Notes under the pieces: generated by a model
Database searches by the model: none
The model's input: only the letters and a program-made list of their open reading frames with translations
Told to the model about the DNA's origin: nothing
From: Escherichia phage vB_EcoM_SHAK7693
Sequence record: OR594180
Direction: 5' to 3' (one strand)
Length of the DNA stretch: 45,233 nt
Program-made: the position numbers and the translations under genes
In this document: in pieces, positions 17,626 through 28,061 of the stretch
Position numbering within the stretch: the first letter of the stretch is position 1
Layout: each line of letters begins with the position of its first letter

Positions 17626-18276
17626 CTAACTACCCTCTTTTATCAAGGCGATAACGCGGTCGAACATACCTTCCCTTATCGCCTCTATCTCACATCTTCT
17701 TGATTCCGCCGCCCTTATCTTTTCAGCAATGTAAGCATCTAGCGCTTCTTCCTGAGTTTCAAAACGTCCTAGATTAATAGTTTTTTTATCACAGCTCACT
17801 GAGGCTTTAAATTTACCTCTAGATTCTTCATAAAAAACACCTGTAGGTGTTCCACTATTTTTCTTCTCCTTTAGGAAAACATTCAACCATTTCGGGATGA
17901 AAATGCAAGTGGTAGGGCTGTATACCTTATTAATACCAGAGAATATGTCCTTATCTAGCTCCCATCCCTCCACATAATTACAAAGCCACCATCTACGGAA
18001 GGACATAAACCTTTGCCACCCATGCCACACAGTTACATCCCTGTACGCAGGCCTTTTGTTTTTATACTCGGCGTCCACGCAACGTTGGATCATCCCTCGC
18101 CATGTAGCGTACGCCAGACACGTCTCACGGCTGCCGTTTATCTTAGGGCTAACCACATAATCGGCGTCATTTATGCCAAAACCACATATAGTTGCACGCT
18201 TAGTTTTGCTGCTTTTGTTCGCAGGATAATTCGCACGCAGCCACATGCTCTTGGCTACTTTTTCGGTTGGCATCAT
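17626..18276 (-). CDS. homing endonuclease-like protein with C-terminal AP2-like DNA-binding domain
   Basis: C-terminal KFKASV...INLGRFETQEEALDAYIAEKIRA resembles AP2 domain; RBS AGGAG before ATG 18276; catalytic motif not recognised. Confidence 0.45.
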   Translation of the reverse strand: MMPTEKVAKSMWLRANYPANKSSKTKRATICGFGINDADYVVSPKINGSRETCLAYATWRGMIQRCVDAEYKNKRPAYRDVTVWHGWQRFMSFRRWWLCNYVEGWELDKDIFSGINKVYSPTTCIFIPKWLNVFLKEKKNSGTPTGVFYEESRGKFKASVSCDKKTINLGRFETQEEALDAYIAEKIRAAESRRCEIEAIREGMFDRVIALIKEGS

Positions 18277-18311
18277 GTTAGTATCTCCTAAACTAATAGG
18301 AGTATCTTGCC

Positions 18312-19697
18312 ATGTCTTCTTTGAAATTTCCAGCAAGTTTAAAGCCAGTGGTATCGAAAGGCTACTCAATGACCAGACGCAACAACGTCTGGAGCGTCGA
18401 TTTAGCCGGTGGCGGGGTGCGTCAGGGGCGTGACACGTATTACGACGTGTTTCCGATAAGCGTAACCCTGATTACATCTGCACTAGGGCGGCAGGCGTTC
18501 CTGTCGTTCCTCGAAAAAGTCGATGGTGGTGCGTCAAGTTTCTGGATGGCGCACGACTTCGGCATGGGCATCGAGGATTATCAGGTAACAATCACGTCAA
18601 CCATCGCCGAGTCCACAGAAGATGGGATTAACTGGACAATCACTTTCACAGCAACCGCCGAGAAATCCCCGTTCCAGAACCTCGAGAATCAGTGCCTGAT
18701 TAACAATCTGCCAGATTTGTATGGTTGCTACGGGGATTGTCTGGGTAGTTTCCTGAAAATATACGCGAACTATGAGACTACGTTCCCGCGCATCTGGAGC
18801 GATGAAGGGCCCGCAGGATACCCGCCGATTAACCTTCTGGCGTCCGCCCTGGATAGCCGCATTGTGTACGACGGGCCGCAGGTTTATTACATCAACCGCA
18901 ACGGCAATCTTGTGCAATCAGCCACTAATGAATGGCCCCTAACATTTATTGATGGTGTTGCCGTTGGGCGTGTGCCGCCGGAGGTTGGTGGTCTAAACCT
19001 ACTAAAAATGTCAGAGGACTTATCGGATCCCGTATGGGCGAAAACAAGGACTACTGTTACCTACGGCGGAACGGGCGCATCCAAACTAGTCCCAACAACA
19101 ACCACTGGTACTCATCACGTTTTACAATTGATAACCCCGGAAGCATCTACGGCATACACCTATTCTGTTTTTGTGAAAGCAAATGGGTACAATAATGCTC
19201 TTGTTCAGATCGGAGTATTTGCTAGTCAGGTGGCAAGTAATCCTGTTTATGTAGACCTATCTACGGGGGTGATAACATCAGCTAATGACTATTCAAGATG
19301 CGGTATAATAGCAGTAGGTGATGGCTGGTTTAGAGTATGGGTGCGAGTTATTACTAATTCCTCCCCGACAAGTATAAACGCGTCTGTGTGGGCCTCTGAC
19401 GCTGCTAACAACACGTCTTTCCCAGGTGATGGTGTTAGTGCTATATCAGTTTTTGGCGCCCAAATGGAGAAATCTAATAATTCATCGTCGTATGTTAAAA
19501 CCGAAGAAAATTTAGTTACACGCCCCGCGGCATCGGCAAAAGTAGCCATGAATGGTGCGACAAGCATCGACATTACATACTCTGATGGTTCCACCGTAAA
19601 CGTGCCCGCAGTAGATAACTACGCCACCATCCCCCAAGCGGATTCGGCGTGGGGTAGTAAATATATCACCCGTATTGATTTTAATGTGGACGGTTAA
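18312..19697 (+). CDS. minor/distal tail protein
   Basis: First tail gene after tape measure; 461 aa. Confidence 0.5.
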   Translation: MSSLKFPASLKPVVSKGYSMTRRNNVWSVDLAGGGVRQGRDTYYDVFPISVTLITSALGRQAFLSFLEKVDGGASSFWMAHDFGMGIEDYQVTITSTIAESTEDGINWTITFTATAEKSPFQNLENQCLINNLPDLYGCYGDCLGSFLKIYANYETTFPRIWSDEGPAGYPPINLLASALDSRIVYDGPQVYYINRNGNLVQSATNEWPLTFIDGVAVGRVPPEVGGLNLLKMSEDLSDPVWAKTRTTVTYGGTGASKLVPTTTTGTHHVLQLITPEASTAYTYSVFVKANGYNNALVQIGVFASQVASNPVYVDLSTGVITSANDYSRCGIIAVGDGWFRVWVRVITNSSPTSINASVWASDAANNTSFPGDGVSAISVFGAQMEKSNNSSSYVKTEENLVTRPAASAKVAMNGATSIDITYSDGSTVNVPAVDNYATIPQADSAWGSKYITRIDFNVDG

Positions 19698-19700
19698 CTT

Positions 19701-20216
19701 ATGAGCCAGGAATCAGTAGAAGCAGCCTACCGCCGTAAGCTGGCGTCTAACCCGGACGGCGAGATGGATTACATCACGTTGCAAATCAGCCATCCGTTGC
19801 TGTCAAAGACGTATTATCTTGTGCGCGGGCTACAGGAACTTACGGCAACACTGGAGACAGGCGAAACAATAACATTCGAGCCAACCCCGATGGAGGCGTC
19901 GGGAGCGGCTAACAACAGTGATATGGACCAGACTACGACGTTTACTTTACCGGATATCCTCAATCAACTGGATGATGAGATGGATAAAATCCCGATGAGC
20001 AATACTGAGTTGCCTAAGTTCGTCTTCCGTCGTTATGTCAGCACCGACCTGTCTTACCCGGCTGACGGCCCTGTCGTGTACGAGTTACAGGCCATCAACC
20101 AGGAGAAGGGCGAGTTCTCCGCGGATGTCGGTACACCTATGCTGAACCAACGAAGCACTGGTATACTGATGACACCTAAAGAGATACCGTTATTACGCGG
20201 CCTGTTGACAACATGA
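19701..20216 (+). CDS. minor tail protein
   Basis: Position between distal tail and K-like genes. Confidence 0.4.
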   Translation: MSQESVEAAYRRKLASNPDGEMDYITLQISHPLLSKTYYLVRGLQELTATLETGETITFEPTPMEASGAANNSDMDQTTTFTLPDILNQLDDEMDKIPMSNTELPKFVFRRYVSTDLSYPADGPVVYELQAINQEKGEFSADVGTPMLNQRSTGILMTPKEIPLLRGLLTT

Positions 20217-20578
20217 ATATTAACGACTACACGGGCATACCTTACGACTTTCGCAAGCGCAATTGCTGGCATCATGTGCGAATTGTGCGGGCGGATGCCG
20301 GGTTAGAAACCCCGGCGTTCGACGTCACAAGCCCAACGGCAATTAATGAAGCGTTCGACGAAGGACATCGCAACACGAAGGGGCTTACGAAAATAGATAA
20401 GCCTGAAAACTTCTGTGCGGTGCTTATGGGGTATCGCCGTGGTGGTCGTATCGTGTGGCACGCAGGAGTTTACTTCGACGGGATGGTTAGCCATTGCGAG
20501 CTTGCTTCTCGTCAGGTACGGCTTGACAGGCTGGCGGACCTCAGAGACACGTACACGGAGATTGAATTTTGGCGATAA
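20213..20578 (+). CDS. tail assembly protein with NlpC/P60-type peptidase fold (lambda K-like)
   Basis: Cys in NCWHH and His residues in WHAGVY and VSHC spaced like the NlpC/P60 triad. Confidence 0.55.
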   Translation: MNINDYTGIPYDFRKRNCWHHVRIVRADAGLETPAFDVTSPTAINEAFDEGHRNTKGLTKIDKPENFCAVLMGYRRGGRIVWHAGVYFDGMVSHCELASRQVRLDRLADLRDTYTEIEFWR

Positions 20579-23124
20579 TCCTGCACTACACGCGAAACGC
20601 TGATGGCGCTTTCGACCGTACAAAACACGTCGGGATGCCGATGGAGTTTGTCGTTAACCGTATCCCGGACGGCGTGCCGGTGCGCGTCTACCTCGGCGAA
20701 ATTGGTGATGATACCGACGTAACTGACGACTTCGACGCACTCAAAGACGAAGACGCCGTGTACCACATTATAGAGGGTGCTGGTAGCGGGGCGCTTGGTG
20801 CCGTTAGTAAGGTGTTTGGTTTTATCCTTAAGCCAATCGCTAAGTTGTTTGGTCTGAACATGTCCGCAAACGCCAACTATACGGCGACTAACAACCAGAC
20901 AACATCACCAAATAACAGCCTCACAGACCGCTCAAACAAACCACGCCCTTACGAGCGCTCCTATGACATCTGCGGGACCGTGCAGACGATCCCTAATGAC
21001 CTGATGCAGACGTATAAGGCGTTCAACTCCACTGGTGCTTTGCTGGAATATTCGTACTATGACGCAGGGCGCGGACATCTGCATATTGAGGCTGATGGCG
21101 TCACAGAGGGCGACACCCTGATAAGCGACATCACAGGTTCCTCTGTTGCCATATATGCACCGTATACGTCACCGAACAACACCACATCGCCGCAACTACA
21201 AATCGGCGACGTCATTGACCAGAAACTCTATGTGACATACTCCAACGACGACGTTGACGGTATTGTACTGAAAGCACCAAACGACATCGGGGCCAACCCA
21301 AGCTCCGGTGGAACCGCCAAACGTATTTCGACCACCGGCTACCTATATGACCCGTCGGGTGATTCTGCTTTTTCTGAGTTTCTTAGTGTTGGTGATGTCG
21401 CAGTGTTGAGCAATTTCGACGTTAAGGACGTCACTAACCTAAACGGCTCGTTTGAAGTTTTATACGTCGACGACTTTGAGGTTCGGTTGTACGTCGGGGA
21501 TATAGGTAACTGGGGCAATCTTAATAACGGAGAGACTTACGCACTTACAGAGCGTTCTGACACGTTTATCGCCCCGAGCAACACCTATGACGTATCTCTT
21601 ACGGACTGGTATTACATGGTGCGCGGAGAGGTTGACCGGGTGCTTGCTAACGTTGCCGGGCAGAACGGCCTCTACAAATACGACGGGGGCTATAACCGCA
21701 CCAGTGTAACGGTGGAACTCCAGTACCAGATGATTGACTCCCAACGCAACCCTTTGAGCGACATTTACACGGTACAGGCTACAATTACAGGCAACAGTAC
21801 GGATTACGTCGGTACGTCTATCTACGGGCAGTTGCCGACCGCGTCTCGTTTCCGCGCCCGCATGCGCCGTATAACTAATTTCGACAAGGACTACGACGGT
21901 ACAGTAAGCGACGAGATAACGTTCATCAACCTGTACGGTCAGTCACTGGACACTACCCCGCATTACGGCAACCGAACTACAGTACATTGCGCCCGTAAAC
22001 AGACACCACGCGCCGCCAGTATCGATAACCCTGAACTGCGCATGATTGCTACAGAGATGTGCTACAAATACCTCGGCAATGGGGTATTCGATACAGTAAT
22101 GTCGCCAAACACTCAGGCCGTGCAGTCGCTAATCAGACTGGCTCGCGACCCGGCGGTGGGCAATCTGGAACTGACAACGGCAAACATGGATAAGTTGCTT
22201 GCCGTGCAGGAAGAAATTGAGTCCTATTTTGGCAGTGAATTAGCCGGACAATTCTGCTACACGTTCGACGACTACGATACCACGATGCAGGACATAGTTC
22301 AGACCATAGCGGAAGCCGTATTCTGTACTGCGTACCGCAAAGGTGCAGATATTATGCTGCGATTCGACCGTCCGGTTGCGGGGCCTGAAATGGTGTTCAC
22401 CCACCGCAGTAAGACGACCGGTACGGAGAAATGGACACGCACGTTCAATGATTCGACAACCTACGATAGCTTGTCGTTCTCGTACATCGACCCGGATACT
22501 AACGTACAGGAAACGATTTATATCCCGGAAGAACTCGGCGCAAACACCGAGGAATACGAATCGAAGGGCGTACGTAACTATCAGCAGGCGTATTGGCTGG
22601 CGTGGCGGCGCTACCAACGCAACGCGTTAAGTAAAGTTGTCGTAGAGTTTGAAGCTACCGAAGAAGGTGCGCTAGCTACCCCAGGCGGTGTAATCAGCGT
22701 AGTTAAAGGCTCGCGTATTGCGCCACAGGACGGCTATGTTGCTGCCGTTAATGGGCTTACGCTGACACTGTCACAGCCGGTTACGTTTACTCCGGGTGAC
22801 GACCATTCCATCATCCTCAAGAAGCGCGATGGCTCTGTACAGAGTATCTCCGTTATTAAAGGAAGCCACGACCGCGAGGTGATTATGCTCTCCGCGCCGG
22901 AGGAAGCAATCTACACGGGGAATAGCGCACTAAAAACTGAGTTTTCATTCGGCAACGAAGCAAGGCATAATGCTCAGAAGATAGTTGTTTCTTCAATCGA
23001 CCCTGGCGACGACCGCACGGTCAAGATTACGGGCTACAACTATGACGATGGATTCTATAAATACGACGGCGTCGCGCCTTTCGGTCGCGGTTTCTCCGAC
23101 GGATTAAGCAACGGTTTTTATTAA
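20569..23124 (+). CDS. tail tip / host specificity protein (J-like)
   Basis: 851 aa after K-like gene. Confidence 0.55.
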   Translation: MAIILHYTRNADGAFDRTKHVGMPMEFVVNRIPDGVPVRVYLGEIGDDTDVTDDFDALKDEDAVYHIIEGAGSGALGAVSKVFGFILKPIAKLFGLNMSANANYTATNNQTTSPNNSLTDRSNKPRPYERSYDICGTVQTIPNDLMQTYKAFNSTGALLEYSYYDAGRGHLHIEADGVTEGDTLISDITGSSVAIYAPYTSPNNTTSPQLQIGDVIDQKLYVTYSNDDVDGIVLKAPNDIGANPSSGGTAKRISTTGYLYDPSGDSAFSEFLSVGDVAVLSNFDVKDVTNLNGSFEVLYVDDFEVRLYVGDIGNWGNLNNGETYALTERSDTFIAPSNTYDVSLTDWYYMVRGEVDRVLANVAGQNGLYKYDGGYNRTSVTVELQYQMIDSQRNPLSDIYTVQATITGNSTDYVGTSIYGQLPTASRFRARMRRITNFDKDYDGTVSDEITFINLYGQSLDTTPHYGNRTTVHCARKQTPRAASIDNPELRMIATEMCYKYLGNGVFDTVMSPNTQAVQSLIRLARDPAVGNLELTTANMDKLLAVQEEIESYFGSELAGQFCYTFDDYDTTMQDIVQTIAEAVFCTAYRKGADIMLRFDRPVAGPEMVFTHRSKTTGTEKWTRTFNDSTTYDSLSFSYIDPDTNVQETIYIPEELGANTEEYESKGVRNYQQAYWLAWRRYQRNALSKVVVEFEATEEGALATPGGVISVVKGSRIAPQDGYVAAVNGLTLTLSQPVTFTPGDDHSIILKKRDGSVQSISVIKGSHDREVIMLSAPEEAIYTGNSALKTEFSFGNEARHNAQKIVVSSIDPGDDRTVKITGYNYDDGFYKYDGVAPFGRGFSDGLSNGFY

Positions 23125-23136
23125 AGAGGATTCTAT

Positions 23137-25374
23137 ATGTCAAGCGGATGCGGTGACGTTTTAAGCCTGGCGGATTTACAAACCGCCAAGAAGCACCAGA
23201 TTTTCGAAGCTGAGGTTATCACCGGTAAATCCGGCGGTGTTGCTACGGGTGCTGATATCGATTACGCGACAAATCAGGTTACTGGGCAGACACAGAAGAC
23301 GTTACCTGCCGTGTTGCGTGATGCTGGTTTTTCTCCTGTATCGTGGGACTTTTCTACAGGCGGTACGTTAACAGTTAATGACCGCGACAAAGTGGTGTAC
23401 GACCCTGTAAGTAAAACGTGGTACTCGTACGCGGGGACGTTACCAGTTACAGTTCCCGCGAGTTTTAATCCTGTAGGTAACGCTAACTGGAGTCCACAGA
23501 CCGATCCTAATTTACGTGGTGAGTTATCCATCATTGAAAACATAGCTGAGCTTATGTCTAAAACGCCAAACCCAGAACTCACGTACACCGTGAAAGGCTA
23601 TGCCCCCGGTACGACTTTCGGCGGGGGCATTTTCTACTGGGACGCCACCCTCCCTAAGTCACAACACAACGGCATCACTGTATTTAGTCCAACGGTGCCA
23701 TGGGACGGAACCTACACCACTCTCGCGACCTTCTTAGCTGGCACAGGGGAAACCACCCCATCCGGCAGAGGATGCTGGGTCCGTATGCAGAACAGCCGCG
23801 ACATGCTCGTTTCTTGGGGCGGCGTTGACATCACAGGGACGAACGTTGCGGACGCCGCTGTAACCGCTGTTATTAAGTATGCTAATACGGTCAAGCGTTC
23901 TGTTAGATTTGACTCTGGTGCAAATATTAAATGGGGCTTCTCTACCCTTGTCCAGCACTTTGACAAGTTCAATCTTAATGTGCAATGTTCTGTTGTTCTG
24001 GAGAATATCAGCGGGATTAAGGTTTACGCGGAGAATGACGTTGAGTTCAACACTGACCACCCTACTTATGCGGAGCGTGTTGTCTTTCGCCTTAAAAACT
24101 GTAGCGAAGTGGAATTCTCTGGATTCAACTTCAACTCCAATTTCGCCGACTATTCGACGACGACATCGGACACTACGTACAAGCCCCAAGAATGGTGGCA
24201 GGGCTTCACAGCCGAAGGTTGTTCTAATCTAGAAATCACTAAGCATCACGTTAATGCGTGCCAAGTATTTGTAAGGGCTGATTGTACAAACTTAGCAGCA
24301 AACCTTCATAACAAAGATATTCATGTTACAGATAACATGTTTAAGTATGTAACGAATTACTGCGTTATTTCCAGAAACATAAATCTGGTTGAATTCAGCC
24401 GCAACAAGGTTTCATTTAACGGGAGGAAATGGGATACCTTTGGTGAAGCGTTCGCTCCAACAACAGGCTCTCTCAATATAATTGCTAGAGATAATATTTT
24501 TACTGACCAGATTGCGCAACAGTCGTGTATAACTCCGACGATAGGCGCTTTATCTGTAACTATTCAGGGTAACTATTGCCGGCGGCAGTATGGTATTTTT
24601 GTTGAACTCGGTAGTTCAAGCAATGTGTTAATTTCTGGTAATACATCGATAAGTACCGGTGAGCGCGCTGATACAACACACATTCTTTTGATTGGGGCGG
24701 TAGATGGCAATCCGGCAGGTGGGCTTTCAAACGTAAACATTACCGCAAACTATTTTCAAGGCGGTGGTTTTGCCATTCAAGAATACAATACCGGAAACGC
24801 ATTGCGCACTGGGTTCAGTATAACTAATAATCATATGATTGACTGCAAATTACCAGCCATCACTAACCAATCTTACATTGGTGTTGTAGTTCGCGGTAAC
24901 TATATGGAAGCACCCACTAACTTTCCTGATTTAGCTATCGCAGGACAGAGGCCTGTTATAGACAGTAACATGTTTGTTGGTGTTAGGGTGCGTGCAAGAG
25001 ATTTAGGGTATAGCGTAATAGCTCCTAAGGTAACCAACAATGTATGGAGAGCAAACTCCCTGGGGGAATCATATCCAGCACTTATCGACTATACCGAATT
25101 CACCGCATTAGTGGCGGATGGCAACGACTCAACAGCAGCGGCGTACACGGACTTCATTGTCCACCCTTCAAATTGTAATAATGCAGGGTTCCGCAGAGTA
25201 GGCCATACCGAAGGGTTTACTGTCAGCCCTACTGCAAGATTTGGAGCCAAGCTCACTGATGCCAGAGTAGGTGATTTTGTAGCTAATTCGTCCCCTACAG
25301 CATCTGGTGCTTATGCGTGGGTATGCGTTAACCGATCAACAAAAGCGTTCAGTTCTATCGCATTGAGCGCATAA
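23137..25374 (+). CDS. tailspike / receptor-binding protein with beta-helix repeats
   Basis: 745 aa; Asn/Gly/Ile/Thr-rich repeats typical of right-handed beta helix; last structural gene. Confidence 0.6.
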   Translation: MSSGCGDVLSLADLQTAKKHQIFEAEVITGKSGGVATGADIDYATNQVTGQTQKTLPAVLRDAGFSPVSWDFSTGGTLTVNDRDKVVYDPVSKTWYSYAGTLPVTVPASFNPVGNANWSPQTDPNLRGELSIIENIAELMSKTPNPELTYTVKGYAPGTTFGGGIFYWDATLPKSQHNGITVFSPTVPWDGTYTTLATFLAGTGETTPSGRGCWVRMQNSRDMLVSWGGVDITGTNVADAAVTAVIKYANTVKRSVRFDSGANIKWGFSTLVQHFDKFNLNVQCSVVLENISGIKVYAENDVEFNTDHPTYAERVVFRLKNCSEVEFSGFNFNSNFADYSTTTSDTTYKPQEWWQGFTAEGCSNLEITKHHVNACQVFVRADCTNLAANLHNKDIHVTDNMFKYVTNYCVISRNINLVEFSRNKVSFNGRKWDTFGEAFAPTTGSLNIIARDNIFTDQIAQQSCITPTIGALSVTIQGNYCRRQYGIFVELGSSSNVLISGNTSISTGERADTTHILLIGAVDGNPAGGLSNVNITANYFQGGGFAIQEYNTGNALRTGFSITNNHMIDCKLPAITNQSYIGVVVRGNYMEAPTNFPDLAIAGQRPVIDSNMFVGVRVRARDLGYSVIAPKVTNNVWRANSLGESYPALIDYTEFTALVADGNDSTAAAYTDFIVHPSNCNNAGFRRVGHTEGFTVSPTARFGAKLTDARVGDFVANSSPTASGAYAWVCVNRSTKAFSSIALSA

Positions 25375-25389
25375 AACTACGGCCCCTAT

Positions 25390-25415
25390 ACGGCCCCTAA
25401 CGGGGCCTTTTTCTT
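25390..25415. terminator. rho-independent terminator
   Basis: GGCCCC-TAAC-GGGGCC then TTTTTCTT. Confidence 0.55.
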
Positions 25416-25551
25416 ACTCTTCTGATAACTTCTCCAGTACAAACGCCAGTTGCGCATTAGCGGCATCTCTTTGCTGGCGTAGGCGTAGAACCTCCTCCTC
25501 GAGTTCCTTGATACGTTTTTGCAATGCTGGAATAGGGGCTTCTAAATTCAT
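25414..25551 (-). CDS. hypothetical small coiled-coil protein (45 aa)
   Basis: Hand-translated; ATGA overlap with upstream gene. Confidence 0.35.
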   Translation of the reverse strand: MNLEAPIPALQKRIKELEEEVLRLRQQRDAANAQLAFVLEKLSEE

Positions 25552-25781
25552 TTAGAAATTCTCCATACGATCGGTACTAGAGCCAAGAATCGTCCAAGTC
25601 GCGTTTTACCCTTACATTGTATTAAATTCCAGTTAATAAACTTTATTTTTGCGGCATTTTCGGGTGTTACACCCAAATCAGAAGACAATAATACCGCAGC
25701 TTTTTCTCTGTGATTTGCTATGTACACACCCCCACTGCCGTCTATTGTCACTTCTTTAGCCAAATGTTGTTTAATCTTCAT
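25548..25781 (-). CDS. hypothetical protein (77 aa)
   Basis: ORF overlapping helicase stop. Confidence 0.45.
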   Translation of the reverse strand: MKIKQHLAKEVTIDGSGGVYIANHREKAAVLLSSDLGVTPENAAKIKFINWNLIQCKGKTRLGRFLALVPIVWRISK

Positions 25782-27202
25782 TTCTTACCTCGTCTCTTCA
25801 TGTAATTAAGCAATTCTTCCTGGACCGATTTCTTCTCGTCGGTACGCGCGGCAACAACCTCATCCAGCGTGTCTCGGGCTATTATTTGATAAATGAATAC
25901 AGACCTTTTGTATCCAGATTGCATCTGCCTTACCGGACCTATGCGCTCGATAACCTGCAGATAATGTTCCAGGTTCCATCCCTGACTCATAAAAGCCATG
26001 TGGTGTCCGCCGTGTTGTAGCGACAGCCCGTGACCCGCAGAGGCCGGGTGTATTAGGAGCATAGGTATCTCGCCACGGTTCCACGCTTCCATCTGCTTAT
26101 TACCCTTAGCGCCTTTGGCAAACGCCTGGGCTTGAGGGAATCGCTTAAGGATACGTTCCAGTTCGTGCTTGAACTGATAGGCCACCAGTAACGGTGCCCC
26201 CTGTAACTCCTCAACAATGGACTCGAGCGCATCCAGTTTCGTATCGTGCACTTTCTCCCAGTCTTTGGTTGCTTCTCCGTCTGGCCCCGATACATATACA
26301 GCGCCGGATGCAATCTGTAGGCACTTCGACGTCTTCGCGGCAGCGTTAGCCGCTTCAACTTCTCCGCTCTCCAGTTCCGCGAATAACTTTTCCTCCATAT
26401 CGATGTACGCCTGACGCGCCTTCTTCGGCAGGTCAATTTCCACTGGCACGATAATCGGCGCTTCGCAACCAAACCACTCGGCGGCGTCAACCGTGAGACT
26501 AATGTCTTTCATCTTCTGATGAATCTCATTATCCGCACCCGGTCGTGCGTGATACTCCCGCGCCATCGCGGATTTCCCTTTCTGTACCGAGTTAAACCAG
26601 CGGTCTGTGAATGCCGTGTACGAAGAACCAAGGCGCTCGCCAGCGTCGATAAACCAGTTCTGCCCCCACAAGTCCTTGAGGCCGTTCGGCGACGGTGTGC
26701 CTGTCAGGTTAATGAAACGCTTAACCTTTCCGAACGCCACTTTGCTTAGCGCCTTAGCCCGTTTGCTTCCTCCAGAACGGCTACGGAAAGATTTCAGCTT
26801 CGTGCTCTCATCAGCAACGATAACCGTAAAAGGCCAGTCGTCTTTGCCGTAGTAGTCAATCAGCCACTCGATAACTTCGTAGTTTGTGCACACCACGTTA
26901 GCATCTGACTCCAGCGCCGCGATACGGCGCTTCTCTGAACCGGTTGCGTCTACGACACTCAGACAGGGGAAGTTCCAACGTGCCTGTTCCGCGGGCCACG
27001 TACCTGACGCAACACGTAAAGGAGCCAGAATTAACACTCGGTCGTCGTCATTAAGTTGCCCATTACGGAACAGCCGATTGAGAACCCACAACGTTGACCC
27101 CGACTTACCGCTGCCCATGCTCGCCCAGATATTGCAGCGATGGTGCCGCAGCATGAACGAAGTCATGAGCTTCTGGTATTCGCGCCTTTGAAACTTACTC
27201 AT
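25778..27202 (-). CDS. SNF2-family helicase
   Basis: Walker A GSGKS, DEST box, LTGTP, C-terminal helicase motif GHGLSLQ. Confidence 0.8.
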   Translation of the reverse strand: MSKFQRREYQKLMTSFMLRHHRCNIWASMGSGKSGSTLWVLNRLFRNGQLNDDDRVLILAPLRVASGTWPAEQARWNFPCLSVVDATGSEKRRIAALESDANVVCTNYEVIEWLIDYYGKDDWPFTVIVADESTKLKSFRSRSGGSKRAKALSKVAFGKVKRFINLTGTPSPNGLKDLWGQNWFIDAGERLGSSYTAFTDRWFNSVQKGKSAMAREYHARPGADNEIHQKMKDISLTVDAAEWFGCEAPIIVPVEIDLPKKARQAYIDMEEKLFAELESGEVEAANAAAKTSKCLQIASGAVYVSGPDGEATKDWEKVHDTKLDALESIVEELQGAPLLVAYQFKHELERILKRFPQAQAFAKGAKGNKQMEAWNRGEIPMLLIHPASAGHGLSLQHGGHHMAFMSQGWNLEHYLQVIERIGPVRQMQSGYKRSVFIYQIIARDTLDEVVAARTDEKKSVQEELLNYMKRRGKK

Positions 27203-28061
27203 TTACCGCCCCCATGAATGCCTTTATAAATTCAGCGGCTACTTGCGGGACGATGGCATTGCCATAACCGCGCAATCGTCCCACTCTGGCGGGTATCCCA
27301 TTAGCCAGCGGGAATGCGCCGGGTTCAACTGGCCTGAATTTTCCATCCCGGCATCCGAGCCAGTCAGTATCTGACCAGAAGCCGTGATGCGGATTGGTTG
27401 TGTTATTTTCAGACCCTGCTCCGTCGAGTAGTCCAGCCTGTCGAATGTTCTGTCTTTTCCGTCCTTGCGAATAACTGTCTCTCCGCTCCCTCTGTAATCG
27501 TTCGCTGTTGGGGTCGGCCATGCCAAAAGGTATTGTGCGTGCGTCGCCAGATTGCAATTCGCATTCGGTCTGTTGAAGCGTTTTTCCGCGTAGGCTTGTG
27601 GGTCTTTCGCTCTGCTGTTGTTGTCGTCCGCAACCGCTGGCGTCGGCCAGGTTGTGCGCGCCGAAGAACAGTCTGTCGCGTTTGTGCGGTGCGCCGACGC
27701 TACAAGCTGGGAGTACGGCAAACCCGACGGCGTAGTCTTCTCCTTCCAGGTGAGTTTGTAAATCGCACATCCACGATTTTGCAATTGCTGGCGCAACCTG
27801 CTCCCCAAAGAGGACTGGAGGTCGGCACTCGCTGATAAGGTCGAGGAACACAGGTGCGAGGTGTCTCTGGTCGAACTGTCCGAGTTGCTTTCCCGCCGCG
27901 CTAAACGGTTGGCAAGGCGGGCTTCCCGTCCAGAGAGGCGCATCTTCCGGAACTCCCGCAAGTCTGAGCGCGAGAGGCCAGCCGCCGATACCAGCGAAAA
28001 AAATGACACTGGGTGAACCCGTCAAGGTCTTCTGGCTTAACTTCGGTAATGCTTCTTTCAT
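27195..28061 (-). CDS. DNA (cytosine-5)-methyltransferase-like protein
   Basis: Motifs FAGIGG (I), PPCQPFS (IV), GEQV (VI), KRDRLFF (VIII), GNAIVP (X); motif I to IV spacing unusually short. Confidence 0.6.
   Translation of the reverse strand: MKEALPKLSQKTLTGSPSVIFFAGIGGWPLALRLAGVPEDAPLWTGSPPCQPFSAAGKQLGQFDQRHLAPVFLDLISECRPPVLFGEQVAPAIAKSWMCDLQTHLEGEDYAVGFAVLPACSVGAPHKRDRLFFGAHNLADASGCGRQQQQSERPTSLRGKTLQQTECELQSGDARTIPFGMADPNSERLQRERRDSYSQGRKRQNIRQAGLLDGAGSENNTTNPHHGFWSDTDWLGCRDGKFRPVEPGAFPLANGIPARVGRLRGYGNAIVPQVAAEFIKAFMGAVNE

Noticed and set aside
23734-24189. 151-aa minus-strand ORF inside the tailspike gene
   Set aside because: Antisense to tailspike; no independent signals.
27239-28009. 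256-aa minus-strand ORF in an alternative frame of the methyltransferase gene
   Set aside because: Ser/Arg/Thr-rich low-complexity translation; the other frame carries clear methyltransferase motifs.
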